64,000 bases of DNA from Deltaproteobacteria bacterium (GCA_037441565.1 JBBIRW010000005.1:1707-65706), one strand, 5' to 3'. Shown: positions 41,460-53,231, counted from the stretch's first letter. The notes: generated from the sequence alone by a model not told the origin. Numbers and translations: made by a program.

Positions 41460-41624
41460 GGGAGCTCAAGATTGGGATTTTCTTACATCGGGCTGCTTCA
41501 TCTTTTCGGAAGTAGATTGCATCATCTGTCTCATCCTCCTCTTCCTTGCCTTCTCCCTCCTCTTCCTTCTCCTTCTAATCTCCCTCATCCTTTCTGTAAC
41601 CATCTCCAGACCCCCTTATAACAT

Positions 41625-42287
41625 TCAGTGATCTATCTTAATTATTCCTCTCTGTATTGCATATTTTATAAGGGCTGCCCTTGAGTGTATTCCCAGTTTT
41701 TCACTGATGTTGCTTTGATGTGCAATAACAGTTTTTACACTCAAATTTAGAAGATCTGCTATCTCTTTGTGCGTATATCCCTCTGCAATAAGTCTTAAAA
41801 CCTGCTTTTCCCTATCAGTTAGCCTTTCATAAGGATCCTCCATCTCCATCTTTTTATCCAGATAAGTAGCAACTACTTCAGAAGTAATGGATGGATAGAG
41901 ATAGATCTCCCCTCTACTAACAGCTCTTATTGCAGAGATAAGGTCACTTCCCACAGCCTTTTTAAGGATATAGCCGGAAACACCTGCCTTCAAAAATCTC
42001 GAAATATACTCCCTGTCATCATACTGTGTCAGAACAAGGATCTTTGTTTCAGGTGAAATCCTTTTTATCTCAACTGTTGCCTCAAGTCCTCCAAGTTTTG
42101 GCATATTTATATCCATTATCACCACATCAGGCTGAAGTCTTTCGGCCTTTTTAATGGCCTCTATCCCATCAGATGCTTCACCTATAACCTCTATGTCGTC
42201 GCAAAGCTTGAGAAAGGCAGCAATACCTTCTCTGACTAATGCATGATCATCAGCTATTAGAACCTTTATCTTACGCATTCGATCCAT
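41625..42287 (-). CDS. NarL/LuxR-family response regulator
   Basis: Receiver (VLIADDH, D in VVIMDINMP) plus a LuxR HTH (LTDREKQVLRLIAEGYTHKEIA). Confidence 0.9.
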   Translation of the reverse strand: MDRMRKIKVLIADDHALVREGIAAFLKLCDDIEVIGEASDGIEAIKKAERLQPDVVIMDINMPKLGGLEATVEIKRISPETKILVLTQYDDREYISRFLKAGVSGYILKKAVGSDLISAIRAVSRGEIYLYPSITSEVVATYLDKKMEMEDPYERLTDREKQVLRLIAEGYTHKEIADLLNLSVKTVIAHQSNISEKLGIHSRAALIKYAIQRGIIKIDH

Positions 42288-44109
42288 CCTGATATCTGAC
42301 AGGTATATAAAGGCTTACTGTACAACCTTCTCCTGGTGCAGATCTTATCTCAAGCTCCCCACCTATAAGGGATGCCCTCTCCTTCATACCCATAATTCCG
42401 AGACCCCTACCATCCCTGAGATGACGACCTTCCCTATCAAAAAGAGATTCTATATCAAATCCCCTTCCGTCATCCTTTATTTCCATTCTTAACATATTTT
42501 CGTTGGCATCTATATTAAGGATAACATTTTCTGCATCCGAATGCTTTGAGATGTTAACAACAGCCTCCTGGATTATCCTGAACAGTGCAATCTCTATCTC
42601 TGGTGGAAACCTTTTCTCCTTCAGTCCCTTAATATTAAAGAAATAGTTTATCCCCTTTTCACCAAGATGGGTGTCAAAAAGCCATTTTATTGCTGCCTCA
42701 AGTCCAAGATCATCTATCATCGATGGCCTCAGGTTCTGTATTACGCTTAAAACCCCCTCCCATGCCCTCAATACGATATCCCTTAATTCTTCTGTCTTCT
42801 CCTTACCAAATTTTTCGGGATAAAGTCTGTACATATCAATCCTCATAAGTATGGCAGAAAGACTCTGCAGTATCTCATCATGGAGCTCTCTTGCAATCCT
42901 CTTTCTCTCCTCTTCCTGTGAACTTATTATCTTTTTTAGCAGGCTTTCAACCCTTTTCTGGCTCTCCTCAATCTGTCTTGTTCTTTCCCTCACACGATCC
43001 TCTAACTCAAGACTGTATTTCTTTATACTTTCCATGGATTCAAGCAGCCTTACCCTCATGATCTCAAAACTCTTTGCAAGCATTCCTATCTCATCGCTTC
43101 CATGATGCACAATGGGTTTTTCCAGCTCCCCACGGGCTATCCTCCCTGTTGCCTTTATAAGCTCCCTCACAGGATTCAGAATGCTCCTGTTGATCCCTAT
43201 CGTTAAGATAAAGGCGGTCAGAATAAACACAATGCCCATTGCAATAAATGTCTTTTTGAGTTTTTTTGCAGGTGAAAAAACATTCTCAACAGATTCCTGA
43301 ATCGATATCCCCCATGATGCGCTCTCCAGTGGCACAAATACAAGCATATTCGTAGTAATTGTTTTTTTACTGCCACTTTCGTGGCATTCATGGCAGGTTG
43401 TAACAAGCTCCTTTTTTGCATTTATTATTTTGCTGAAGTATTTATCATGATCACAACATATCAATACCCTTACAGGATCCGATGAAGCAATAACAACACC
43501 ATTTGCATCCATGATATCTATAAAAACATTTTTATTCTTTCCAACATCTGTTAATCCCAGTTCGTAAGAAAGGGTGGGATTGGTGGGATCTATCTCCCCA
43601 CCAACAGCACCGATAATGTTACCATTCCTGTCCTTAAGAGGCACGAGGGCAAAAATAACCTTTTTATTAAGGGGTTCAACAGTGTAAATATTCGATATCA
43701 CAGGCCTCCCTGTACCAATAATCCTTCGTATGGGCTCGACGCCGAGCAGATTCGTTCCAAAATCTCTCATCCTCTCAGGATAGTCGAGGATTAAGTTTCC
43801 GTTTCTGTCAAGAAGGAACACACCATCGGTAAAGAGGGAATATCTGTATGCAATACTCAATGCTTCCCTTTCAGGGTTAAAGTCATTGTCTGCAAGATCT
43901 ATACTTCCGGAAAGGGATATATCATAGAGGCGATTAAGGTTTGTTTTCAGTTTTTCTTCGATATTATTCCTGATAAGCCTCGCTATCTCGAACTTCCTTT
44001 CTATCGAATGCTCTATTGTCTTCTGTATTATGTAATAGCTTGCCAGTGCGAATACAGTAAGGATAATACCCATCCATAATGTAAGGGCTATGGCAATCCT
44101 CTTTCTCAA
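42271..44109 (-). CDS. Sensor histidine kinase (HisKA_3/NarX-type) with periplasmic sensor domain carrying a CxxCH haem-binding motif
   Basis: TM1 at residues ~5-28, a ~255-aa periplasmic domain, TM2, HAMP, the H-box ARELHDEIL and HATPase_c. The periplasmic domain contains TTCHECH (codons at 43381..43395) plus ICCDHD. Confidence 0.85.
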   Translation of the reverse strand: MRKRIAIALTLWMGIILTVFALASYYIIQKTIEHSIERKFEIARLIRNNIEEKLKTNLNRLYDISLSGSIDLADNDFNPEREALSIAYRYSLFTDGVFLLDRNGNLILDYPERMRDFGTNLLGVEPIRRIIGTGRPVISNIYTVEPLNKKVIFALVPLKDRNGNIIGAVGGEIDPTNPTLSYELGLTDVGKNKNVFIDIMDANGVVIASSDPVRVLICCDHDKYFSKIINAKKELVTTCHECHESGSKKTITTNMLVFVPLESASWGISIQESVENVFSPAKKLKKTFIAMGIVFILTAFILTIGINRSILNPVRELIKATGRIARGELEKPIVHHGSDEIGMLAKSFEIMRVRLLESMESIKKYSLELEDRVRERTRQIEESQKRVESLLKKIISSQEEERKRIARELHDEILQSLSAILMRIDMYRLYPEKFGKEKTEELRDIVLRAWEGVLSVIQNLRPSMIDDLGLEAAIKWLFDTHLGEKGINYFFNIKGLKEKRFPPEIEIALFRIIQEAVVNISKHSDAENVILNIDANENMLRMEIKDDGRGFDIESLFDREGRHLRDGRGLGIMGMKERASLIGGELEIRSAPGEGCTVSLYIPVRYQDGSNA

Positions 44110-44208
44110 GTTCTTACCTTCCCCGACCTTTAAGATCCTGATAATATATCAATTTAAATTATAAGTTATCCGATGAAAAAAGCCAGAAGGGCAGCAACAT
44201 CTGCCCCA

Positions 44209-44961
44209 TCACTCGGAAGAATGAACTACTTCCTTATGTGGATGGCCACCAGCAATCTCCAGGATTTCATCTATTTTCTTTCCCTCGATCCTCGCAAGCT
44301 CTAAGGGGTGCTCGTGAAGCATCCTCTCCCTTGATATATATCCCGTGAATATACATGTGTCTATGGGGAATACCTCGGGGCTGAAGACTGAATTGTAAAT
44401 ATGCCATGTAACGATAACCAGAAATGCAAGGAGTGCTTCATTTGTATGAGCTGCCTTTGCAGCAGGTATAACCTCTCCAGGAAGAAATCTTGCAAATACT
44501 GTTGGATACCAGAGTATAAACCCTGTAATTATCATGATCAATCCACCCAGAATAACACCCCAGTATTCGAATTTCTGTCTGTAGTCGTATCTATCACAAA
44601 GTGCGGGATAATCTGTGAAGCCAAAGTAGTATCTGAGATTTGTTATTGCATCGGTAAAATCTTTCCTTGTAATAACCATTGAAGCAGGCCATTTCTTAAA
44701 TATTACACCGAACGATCCAACAACAATGTGCTGGAGAACAAGGATTGAAAATAGAAGTCCCATATAGCGATGTATTATCCTTGTCATATTTATCCCACCC
44801 ATCTTCATTATTATCCAGTGGGATAACTCTAAGTTATAAAATTTTTGTGAAAGTCCGGTGATAACGAGAATTACAAAAACTATTGCATTAAGCCAGTGTT
44901 CAATGATCCTTAGGATATGGAATCTCTTTATGTATATAGTTTCCTTCTCATTTTTTCTCAT
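44209..44961 (-). CDS. Dihaem b-type cytochrome membrane subunit (Ni_hydr_CYTB family, CbcB-like)
   Basis: Paralogue of 38454..39377, with the same His-containing helices and the HEHPLE tail. Confidence 0.8.
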   Translation of the reverse strand: MRKNEKETIYIKRFHILRIIEHWLNAIVFVILVITGLSQKFYNLELSHWIIMKMGGINMTRIIHRYMGLLFSILVLQHIVVGSFGVIFKKWPASMVITRKDFTDAITNLRYYFGFTDYPALCDRYDYRQKFEYWGVILGGLIMIITGFILWYPTVFARFLPGEVIPAAKAAHTNEALLAFLVIVTWHIYNSVFSPEVFPIDTCIFTGYISRERMLHEHPLELARIEGKKIDEILEIAGGHPHKEVVHSSE

Positions 44962-44971
44962 AACCCTCCTC

Positions 44972-46402
44972 CTATCTGTTTACTGCGTATCTCCATATAT
45001 GGAGCAGTATCTGCAATATAAGACCTATCATCATGAATGGAATAAAAATTCTGTAAAATAGCTTCACAAGGAATACAAGTGGTGCCTTTTTGAGTGTTGG
45101 CTCATAATGTGATAACCATGCATCAGGAAAATTCTCTGTTGCATCAGGATGACACTTCATGCAACTTTTCACAAGATTCTTCTTCAATACATTCGATGAT
45201 GGTCCTGATGTTTTTGTTATATCATGTATGCCATGGCAGTCTGTGCACACAGCAATACCTTTGTCCGGTCTTACAGCCATGTTCTTTTCCTTCCGATAAA
45301 AGCTGAGTGTTATTCCATGAAAGTCCTGAAGGTAGTTGTTAATCACATCTGTTGATAGACCATATTTGGACATAATCTGTTTGTTTGAATGGCAATTACC
45401 ACATATCTCAGGGACTTTTTCCTTGTAATCAAAGGTCCTCGGATCCTCGATATCATGTGCTCTGTGGCAATCCGTGCATACAGGAACATCCTGATTTGAT
45501 TCATTTATAAGTGCATTTCCATGAATACTTTTTGCATAAACATTATATATATTCTCGTGACACCTTCTGCATCTCTTTGAACTCCATACCTTTTCAAGAC
45601 CTGCCCTTCCTATGGAATGGGAGCCGTGACAGTCAATACACACAGGCGCATTCAGATTGCCCTGGCTGAGCATTGTATAGTGAATGCTTTCCAGTGCCTT
45701 TGTATATTTATCGAAATGGCATCTCCTGCAGACCTCGGAGTTCGCAATCCTGAACTCCCGTTCATTCCTGAAATTCCTTTTTGGATGCTGGGATCTTGAA
45801 AATCCAAAATGGCAGTCCGAACAGCTCAACCTGCTGTGAACGGATTCCTTCAATACCCCCGAATCTATCTTCAAGACAATCCTTTCTCCGCTTTTAAATA
45901 ACATCTCTATATTATGGGCATGACAGCTCATGCAATATTCCCTTTCGTTTGAAAAAACCCTTCCACCGGAAATGGGGCTAACAGCATGTGATCCATGACA
46001 ATCTGTACACACAGGTGCCCTGCCCTCCCTCTCTCTTACGATAAGATTTGCATGAATATCCTTTGACATCAGTTGCTTTTCCGGATGACACTTCCTGCAG
46101 ATAAGAGCACTCTTTAATTTATATTCCTTCTTACTTCTAAATTTTCCAGAAGGATGATCTTCCATGGAAAAACCTGTATGGCAATCCGAGCATGTGAAGG
46201 AGGAGTGAACAGAAGATTTTAGTTTCCCTATATCAATAAAGACATCAATGGCTTCGCCATTTTCAAATTTCTTTATAATCCCTTTTTTTGAATGGCATTC
46301 AAGACAGGCAGAAACCTCCTCCGGAGTTGAAGAGGCTTCTGCCTTAATGGTGGACATCATCAATAGAATTATGAAAGCAATCAGTATTTTTCTCCTCAAC
46401 AT
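44972..46402 (-). CDS. Tridecahaem c-type cytochrome with C-terminal membrane anchor (CbcA-like)
   Basis: Signal peptide. 13 CxxCH motifs with internally repeated modules (SVHS...CSDCH(T/F)GFS...HP). C-terminal TM helix. Confidence 0.8.
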   Translation of the reverse strand: MLRRKILIAFIILLMMSTIKAEASSTPEEVSACLECHSKKGIIKKFENGEAIDVFIDIGKLKSSVHSSFTCSDCHTGFSMEDHPSGKFRSKKEYKLKSALICRKCHPEKQLMSKDIHANLIVREREGRAPVCTDCHGSHAVSPISGGRVFSNEREYCMSCHAHNIEMLFKSGERIVLKIDSGVLKESVHSRLSCSDCHFGFSRSQHPKRNFRNEREFRIANSEVCRRCHFDKYTKALESIHYTMLSQGNLNAPVCIDCHGSHSIGRAGLEKVWSSKRCRRCHENIYNVYAKSIHGNALINESNQDVPVCTDCHRAHDIEDPRTFDYKEKVPEICGNCHSNKQIMSKYGLSTDVINNYLQDFHGITLSFYRKEKNMAVRPDKGIAVCTDCHGIHDITKTSGPSSNVLKKNLVKSCMKCHPDATENFPDAWLSHYEPTLKKAPLVFLVKLFYRIFIPFMMIGLILQILLHIWRYAVNR

Positions 46403-46411
46403 AGGACCCCC

Positions 46412-46762
46412 TTATCCAGGATCTTTTTTAACCTTCTTGCTGCTCCTCCTTCCTCCAAGATATGCCTCGGTAAGTCTCCATCCGAAGGAGGAAATACTCC
46501 ATGCGAGTTTTGAGATTGCACTGAAGACCTTCATTGCAACCACACCAACAACCATGAGTATTGTGATAAGAGGGAGAAAGATAGCATAGAGCAGACCAAG
46601 CACAGGACTGATGATGAGCACGAAAGGTGCTGGCATTCTGAGATAGATTGTTGAGCTTTCGCCAGGAAGAACCCCTTCATGCTCCATCTCCACCCTTTCT
46701 CCTGTTAGAGGATTCCAGTACGTCCCCTTAATTACCTTTTCCCCACCTCTGTATCTTAACAT
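46412..46762 (-). CDS. Small two-TM membrane protein, first gene of the minus-strand cytochrome operon
   Basis: Strong SD GAAAGGAGGTGA. 116 aa with two hydrophobic helices. Confidence 0.45.
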   Translation of the reverse strand: MLRYRGGEKVIKGTYWNPLTGERVEMEHEGVLPGESSTIYLRMPAPFVLIISPVLGLLYAIFLPLITILMVVGVVAMKVFSAISKLAWSISSFGWRLTEAYLGGRRSSKKVKKDPG

Positions 46763-46832
46763 TTTTAATCACCTCCTTTCACTCTTTTATCCTCTCGATT
46801 CCCAGTCTATATGAATCTGTGGATCTATGGAA

Positions 46833-46875
46833 TTGGAAGAATTTCCTAATTTGAAGGGAATATTTTCCTAATTTT
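46833..46875. promoter_or_regulatory. Tandem GGAA-N4-TTCC palindromes (candidate operator) upstream of the minus-strand cytochrome operon
   Basis: GGAAGAATTTCCTAATTT at 46835.. and GGAATATTTTCCTAATTT at 46856... That is 21 nt apart. Each is an inverted GGAA/TTCC repeat followed by TAATTT. Confidence 0.3.
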
Positions 46876-46889
46876 TGCCCTTAAGTTGC

Positions 46890-47417
46890 TTATTGACGAA
46901 CACTCTCTGCTATCCTTAATAGTTCGATGGGGGTTGATTTCATTGAAATGGTCATCCTGAATCCATCCTCAGTCCAGCTTATTTTGCTGCATGCCTCCTC
47001 ATCCTCACAAATACCTACCAAAAGATCAGCCTCCTTTCCTTTCAGGCTATATTTAACACTTTCCCTTACCCTTACGATTCTAATCTCCCTTTCCTCAGTA
47101 ATATGCCTGTTGAGTTCTACCTGGTATATGATCATGACAACCTCACCACTGCCACCATGCCTGAATTTTAAAACAACTGCCTTATAGGGCTTCCCCTGCG
47201 CAAGTATCTCCGATGGAGGCCAGTTAATTCCCTGAGGAAAATATGATGGAACGTATATATGATCTATCTTAATCCTATGTTTAGCCTCCTCGATACTCCT
47301 GTACCTCTGGAGAGTTTCCCTGTTAATGATGGATGGGATAAAATTAATCACTTTAAGTGATATAATCAAAATTAAAAGCATAAACAAAAAAATCAGGATG
47401 TTTAAAGCCTTTTTCAT
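46890..47417 (-). CDS. Hypothetical membrane-anchored protein
   Basis: 175 aa, N-terminal TM helix. It follows an M56-type peptidase gene with a 4-nt overlap. Confidence 0.4.
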   Translation of the reverse strand: MKKALNILIFLFMLLILIISLKVINFIPSIINRETLQRYRSIEEAKHRIKIDHIYVPSYFPQGINWPPSEILAQGKPYKAVVLKFRHGGSGEVVMIIYQVELNRHITEEREIRIVRVRESVKYSLKGKEADLLVGICEDEEACSKISWTEDGFRMTISMKSTPIELLRIAESVRQ

Positions 47418-48409
47418 ATTATGAAGTAGTTTATCAAAGTTACTGCAATCAGAGTTAATATAAATTCAAACCATCTCTCTCCATCCTGATCAATTCTATC
47501 CCTTGAAAGCCTTTCTTTTCTCCTCTTTATTACCATTCTATGTGTGTATTCCTGGACCCCCCTTTTTAATGAGTATATACCACCTGTATTTTCAACCCCT
47601 CCTGTCTCCCTCATATATATTTTCTCCAATGCAGATGCTAATTCCAGCGACCTTCCTGTCATCCTCACAGCAGCATCATCACATATCATCTCCTCCTCCT
47701 CAAGCATCCTCCGAAATTCAATGAGAATAACAGGGTTGAAGAAATTGATTATTCTCAAAAAAAACATAATGAACAAATAGGGTCTCTTAGACCTTTTAAT
47801 GTGAGCCCTTTCATGGCCTATAACAGCATCAAGCTCATCCTTTGTAAGGGTATTAATCAATTTTCCCGAAAGATAAATGGCGCTATTCTTACCAATCCTC
47901 GAATAAAGGGTGAAATCCTTATCATCAATGATGATCAAACGCACTTTCCCATTTAAATATTTCAATTCATTTACCCTTCCATCCTCCTCCATTTTTTCTC
48001 CTGCATACTTCCTTGTCTCGTATATATGCCTGATGATCGGGATCAATTCCTGAAAGATAAAGATAATGGATGTGACTGCCAGAATAACAAGAAAAAGCCA
48101 TTGCATGGATATCATTCCCCATAAATTAATGCTAAAAAAGCTTGTGCTGTCAAAAAGGGAGTCTGCCCTGAATGAAAGGCATGTTCTATAAGGATCTATT
48201 ATGTGATAGAAATAAAAGGAAAAGACAGGAAATGCAATAACAATGAATCGAAACCTCTGTGAAACAGAAGGATCTGTTATCTTCCATATGCTGATGGAGT
48301 AATTCACAATCAGTGCCGTAATTAAAGAGTGAAAAAACGATTGCGAAACATACATTCCAATACTGGAGGTAAATATATACTGCATCCCCATAGTCCATTC
48401 CATTTTCAT
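47414..48409 (-). CDS. M56/M48-type zinc metallopeptidase membrane protein (BlaR1-like sensor/peptidase family)
   Basis: Multiple TM helices. HExxH motif IGHERAHIKR within a cytoplasmic loop. Confidence 0.65.
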   Translation of the reverse strand: MKMEWTMGMQYIFTSSIGMYVSQSFFHSLITALIVNYSISIWKITDPSVSQRFRFIVIAFPVFSFYFYHIIDPYRTCLSFRADSLFDSTSFFSINLWGMISMQWLFLVILAVTSIIFIFQELIPIIRHIYETRKYAGEKMEEDGRVNELKYLNGKVRLIIIDDKDFTLYSRIGKNSAIYLSGKLINTLTKDELDAVIGHERAHIKRSKRPYLFIMFFLRIINFFNPVILIEFRRMLEEEEMICDDAAVRMTGRSLELASALEKIYMRETGGVENTGGIYSLKRGVQEYTHRMVIKRRKERLSRDRIDQDGERWFEFILTLIAVTLINYFII

Positions 48410-48510
48410 ACAACTACTATGGAAGGGTCAAGGTATCCAATCTCTGGCGTTTATCTATCGGCAAGGTTTATGGTGGTCTCAGGTTCAAATACCTGAATGC
48501 CGGGGTCATC

Positions 48511-48606
48511 TGGCGGAGAGGGAGGGATTCGAACCCTCGGATGGAGCTTTTACTCCATCAACCGCTTAGCAGGCGGTTGCCTTCAGCCTTACTCGGCCAC
48601 CTCTCC
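48511..48606 (-). tRNA. tRNA-Ser (anticodon GCU)
   Basis: Acceptor stem GGAGAGG/CCTCTCC, anticodon loop CUGCUAA, long variable arm, T-arm GGTTCGAATCC, encoded CCA. Confidence 0.85.
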
Positions 48607-48619
48607 ATAAATTATAAAA

Positions 48620-48707
48620 TGGCGGAGGGCGCAGGATTTGAACCCGCAAGGGCGCAAAGCCCGGTGGATTTCAAGTCCACTGCCTTACCAGGTTAGGCTA
48701 GCCCTCC
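48620..48707 (-). tRNA. tRNA-Ser (anticodon UGA)
   Basis: Acceptor GGAGGGC/GCCCTCC, anticodon loop CUUGAAA, long variable arm, T-arm GGTTCAAATCC, CCA. Confidence 0.85.
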
Positions 48708-48756
48708 ATCTGTGGATTATAATGCATCGGCTATTTTCATTAAAAGAGGAATTTTA

Positions 48757-49326
48757 TTAGATCCCTTCCCCTGGGAATCCATAATTCTGCAGCCTTGATG
48801 AGGCACGGATTCTACCTCGTTCGACAGCTAAGGACAGCTCCATTACCTCACTTAAAAAGGGGCTTAACTTATCAAAAAACTCCCTCTTTCCTATTTCGGA
48901 TCTCCTTATAAGGAGTGTATTCCTGACATGAAATCCGCTCGCACTAAAACGGGACAGGTATCTCCTCAGGTACCCTTCCTCACCGAATCCGCCAGCAGTG
49001 ATAAATACCGAAACATCACCTCCAACCCTACCTCTCATCATCTTTATAAAAGCATTTACAGGAGGACAGCTAAAGGTCCATTTTGGAAAACCTATTATCA
49101 TATGATCGAACCTCAAGGGATCATTCAAAAAAATTTCATCAATTTTTACATGGCTTCCTGGAATAAATGAAAGAAAGAGCCAGCTCCAGTAGGATCTTTT
49201 TTTTGCTGGACAGATAGGGAAGAGCAACACATCGTGATATCTGCTGAGGATTTCTGCCATATATTCAGCAACCGTTTTTGTGTTTCCGGTAAAGGAGAAA
49301 TAGTAAATGGCGATCTTCTTTCTCAT
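48757..49326 (-). CDS. Flavodoxin-like fold protein
   Basis: N-terminal IAIYYFSFTGNTKTVAEYMAE, a flavodoxin-type FMN-binding start. Confidence 0.55.
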   Translation of the reverse strand: MRKKIAIYYFSFTGNTKTVAEYMAEILSRYHDVLLFPICPAKKRSYWSWLFLSFIPGSHVKIDEIFLNDPLRFDHMIIGFPKWTFSCPPVNAFIKMMRGRVGGDVSVFITAGGFGEEGYLRRYLSRFSASGFHVRNTLLIRRSEIGKREFFDKLSPFLSEVMELSLAVERGRIRASSRLQNYGFPGEGI

Positions 49327-49359
49327 GGGTTTTAAAAATGATAGATCAGTGAATACTGA

Positions 49360-49779
49360 TTAGCCCTTCTCTGTTAATGGGCTTGAGGTACGGAAGGCAA
49401 TTGCCTGGCACATGGCAAGGGGATCGCCCTTTTCATTCCTCACCTGAATCGTATAAAATCCGAGCTTCTTCGTAATCTTCTCCTCCCTTGCCTCCGCAAT
49501 GATCCTCTCACCAGGCACTGCAGGGGCCATAAAATGTATGCTGACCTGTGCAGCAACAGCACGGATACCATGACTGTTGCATGCAGCGGCAAATGCAGCA
49601 TCTGCAAGGGAAAATACAAAACCACCATGGGAAAGCCCCAAGAAATTTATCATTTCACCTTTTATCTCCGCGCTCACCCTGCTAAATCCCTTAGCCACTT
49701 CCTCAATCCTAATACCAAGATATTTGCAGTATGGGTCATTTTCCAGTATCCTTTTTAATTCATCCATATTGCCCCTCAC
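49360..49779 (-). CDS. PaaI/PaaD-like hot-dog thioesterase
   Basis: 139 aa, HGGFVFSLADAAFA motif. Confidence 0.75.
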   Translation of the reverse strand: MRGNMDELKRILENDPYCKYLGIRIEEVAKGFSRVSAEIKGEMINFLGLSHGGFVFSLADAAFAAACNSHGIRAVAAQVSIHFMAPAVPGERIIAEAREEKITKKLGFYTIQVRNEKGDPLAMCQAIAFRTSSPLTEKG

Positions 49780-49787
49780 CTCCGCCC

Positions 49788-52149
<2,362 letters not shown>

Positions 52150-53231
52150 CGTAAATCCTTATAATCCTGTAAAGTGTATCACGCTCAACAGGTATCTTTC
52201 CCGCCTTTCTTATCAGACGGATCAATTCGCCCTTTGGTAGAAATTCATCTGTCATTGCACCGGCAGAATGTGTAATCTTCTCCTCAACAACCGTTCCATC
52301 AAGATCATCAGAACCAAAAAGCAGTGACAGCTGGGCTATCTTTTTTCCTAACATTATCCAGAACGACTTTATATGAGGGAAATTGTCAAGGAAAAGTCTT
52401 GAGACTGCTATTGTCTTCAAATCATCAATAGCCGTTGTATAGTTTGCCCCATTAATCCTTGTATTTTTCGGGTGGAAGGCAAGGGGGATAAATGCCTGGA
52501 ACCCTCCTGTTTCATCCTGAAGTGCTCTCAGGAGTGAAAGATGATGAACCCTGGACTCATAATCCTCGAGATGACCATAAAGCATTGTAGCATTGGATCT
52601 TATTCCAAGGCGATGCGCAGTTCTCATAATCTCGAGCCAGCGTTCTCCCGTTATCTTTTCCGGACAGATCCTTTCCCTTATCCTTTTTTCAAATATTTCA
52701 GCACCTCCACCGGGAAGTGATCCCAGTCCTGCCTCTTTCAATTCCAGCAGGACATCTCCTATCGATTTTCCAGAAATCCTTGAAAAATAATCAATCTCAA
52801 CAGCAGTGAAAGCCTGAAGATGCACAGCTGGAAACTCTCTTTTTATAACCCTTAGCATTTCAATGTAAAATTCATATGGGAGTTCAGGATGAAGGCCTCC
52901 CACTATATGAATCTCTGTTGCGCCGAGAGCCATAGCCTCCCTTGTTCTTTCGAGAATCTCATCAATTGTCAGTGTGTATGCACCACTATCACCTTTATCC
53001 TTGCTGAATGCACAGAATCTGCATCTATTGATACATATGTTACTTGGGTTTATATGTCTGTTTACAACAAAATACACATAATCACTATTTTTCTTCCTTG
53101 AAACGTAATGAGCGAGCTCACCAATAGTTAATAGATCATCGCTCTTGAACAAAAGAATTGCATCTTCCTCTGTTAATCTTTCACCCGAAAGCACTTTTCT
53201 CTCTATAATCTTAAGTGACATCCCGATCCTT

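Noticed and set aside
46763-46889. Sigma-54 (-24/-12 TGGCAC-N5-TTGCW) promoter upstream of the cytochrome/TCS operon, by analogy to Geobacter cbcBA
   Set aside because: A TTGCTT element is present but there is no GG dinucleotide at the -24 position. The cognate regulator is NarL-type, not an enhancer-binding protein.
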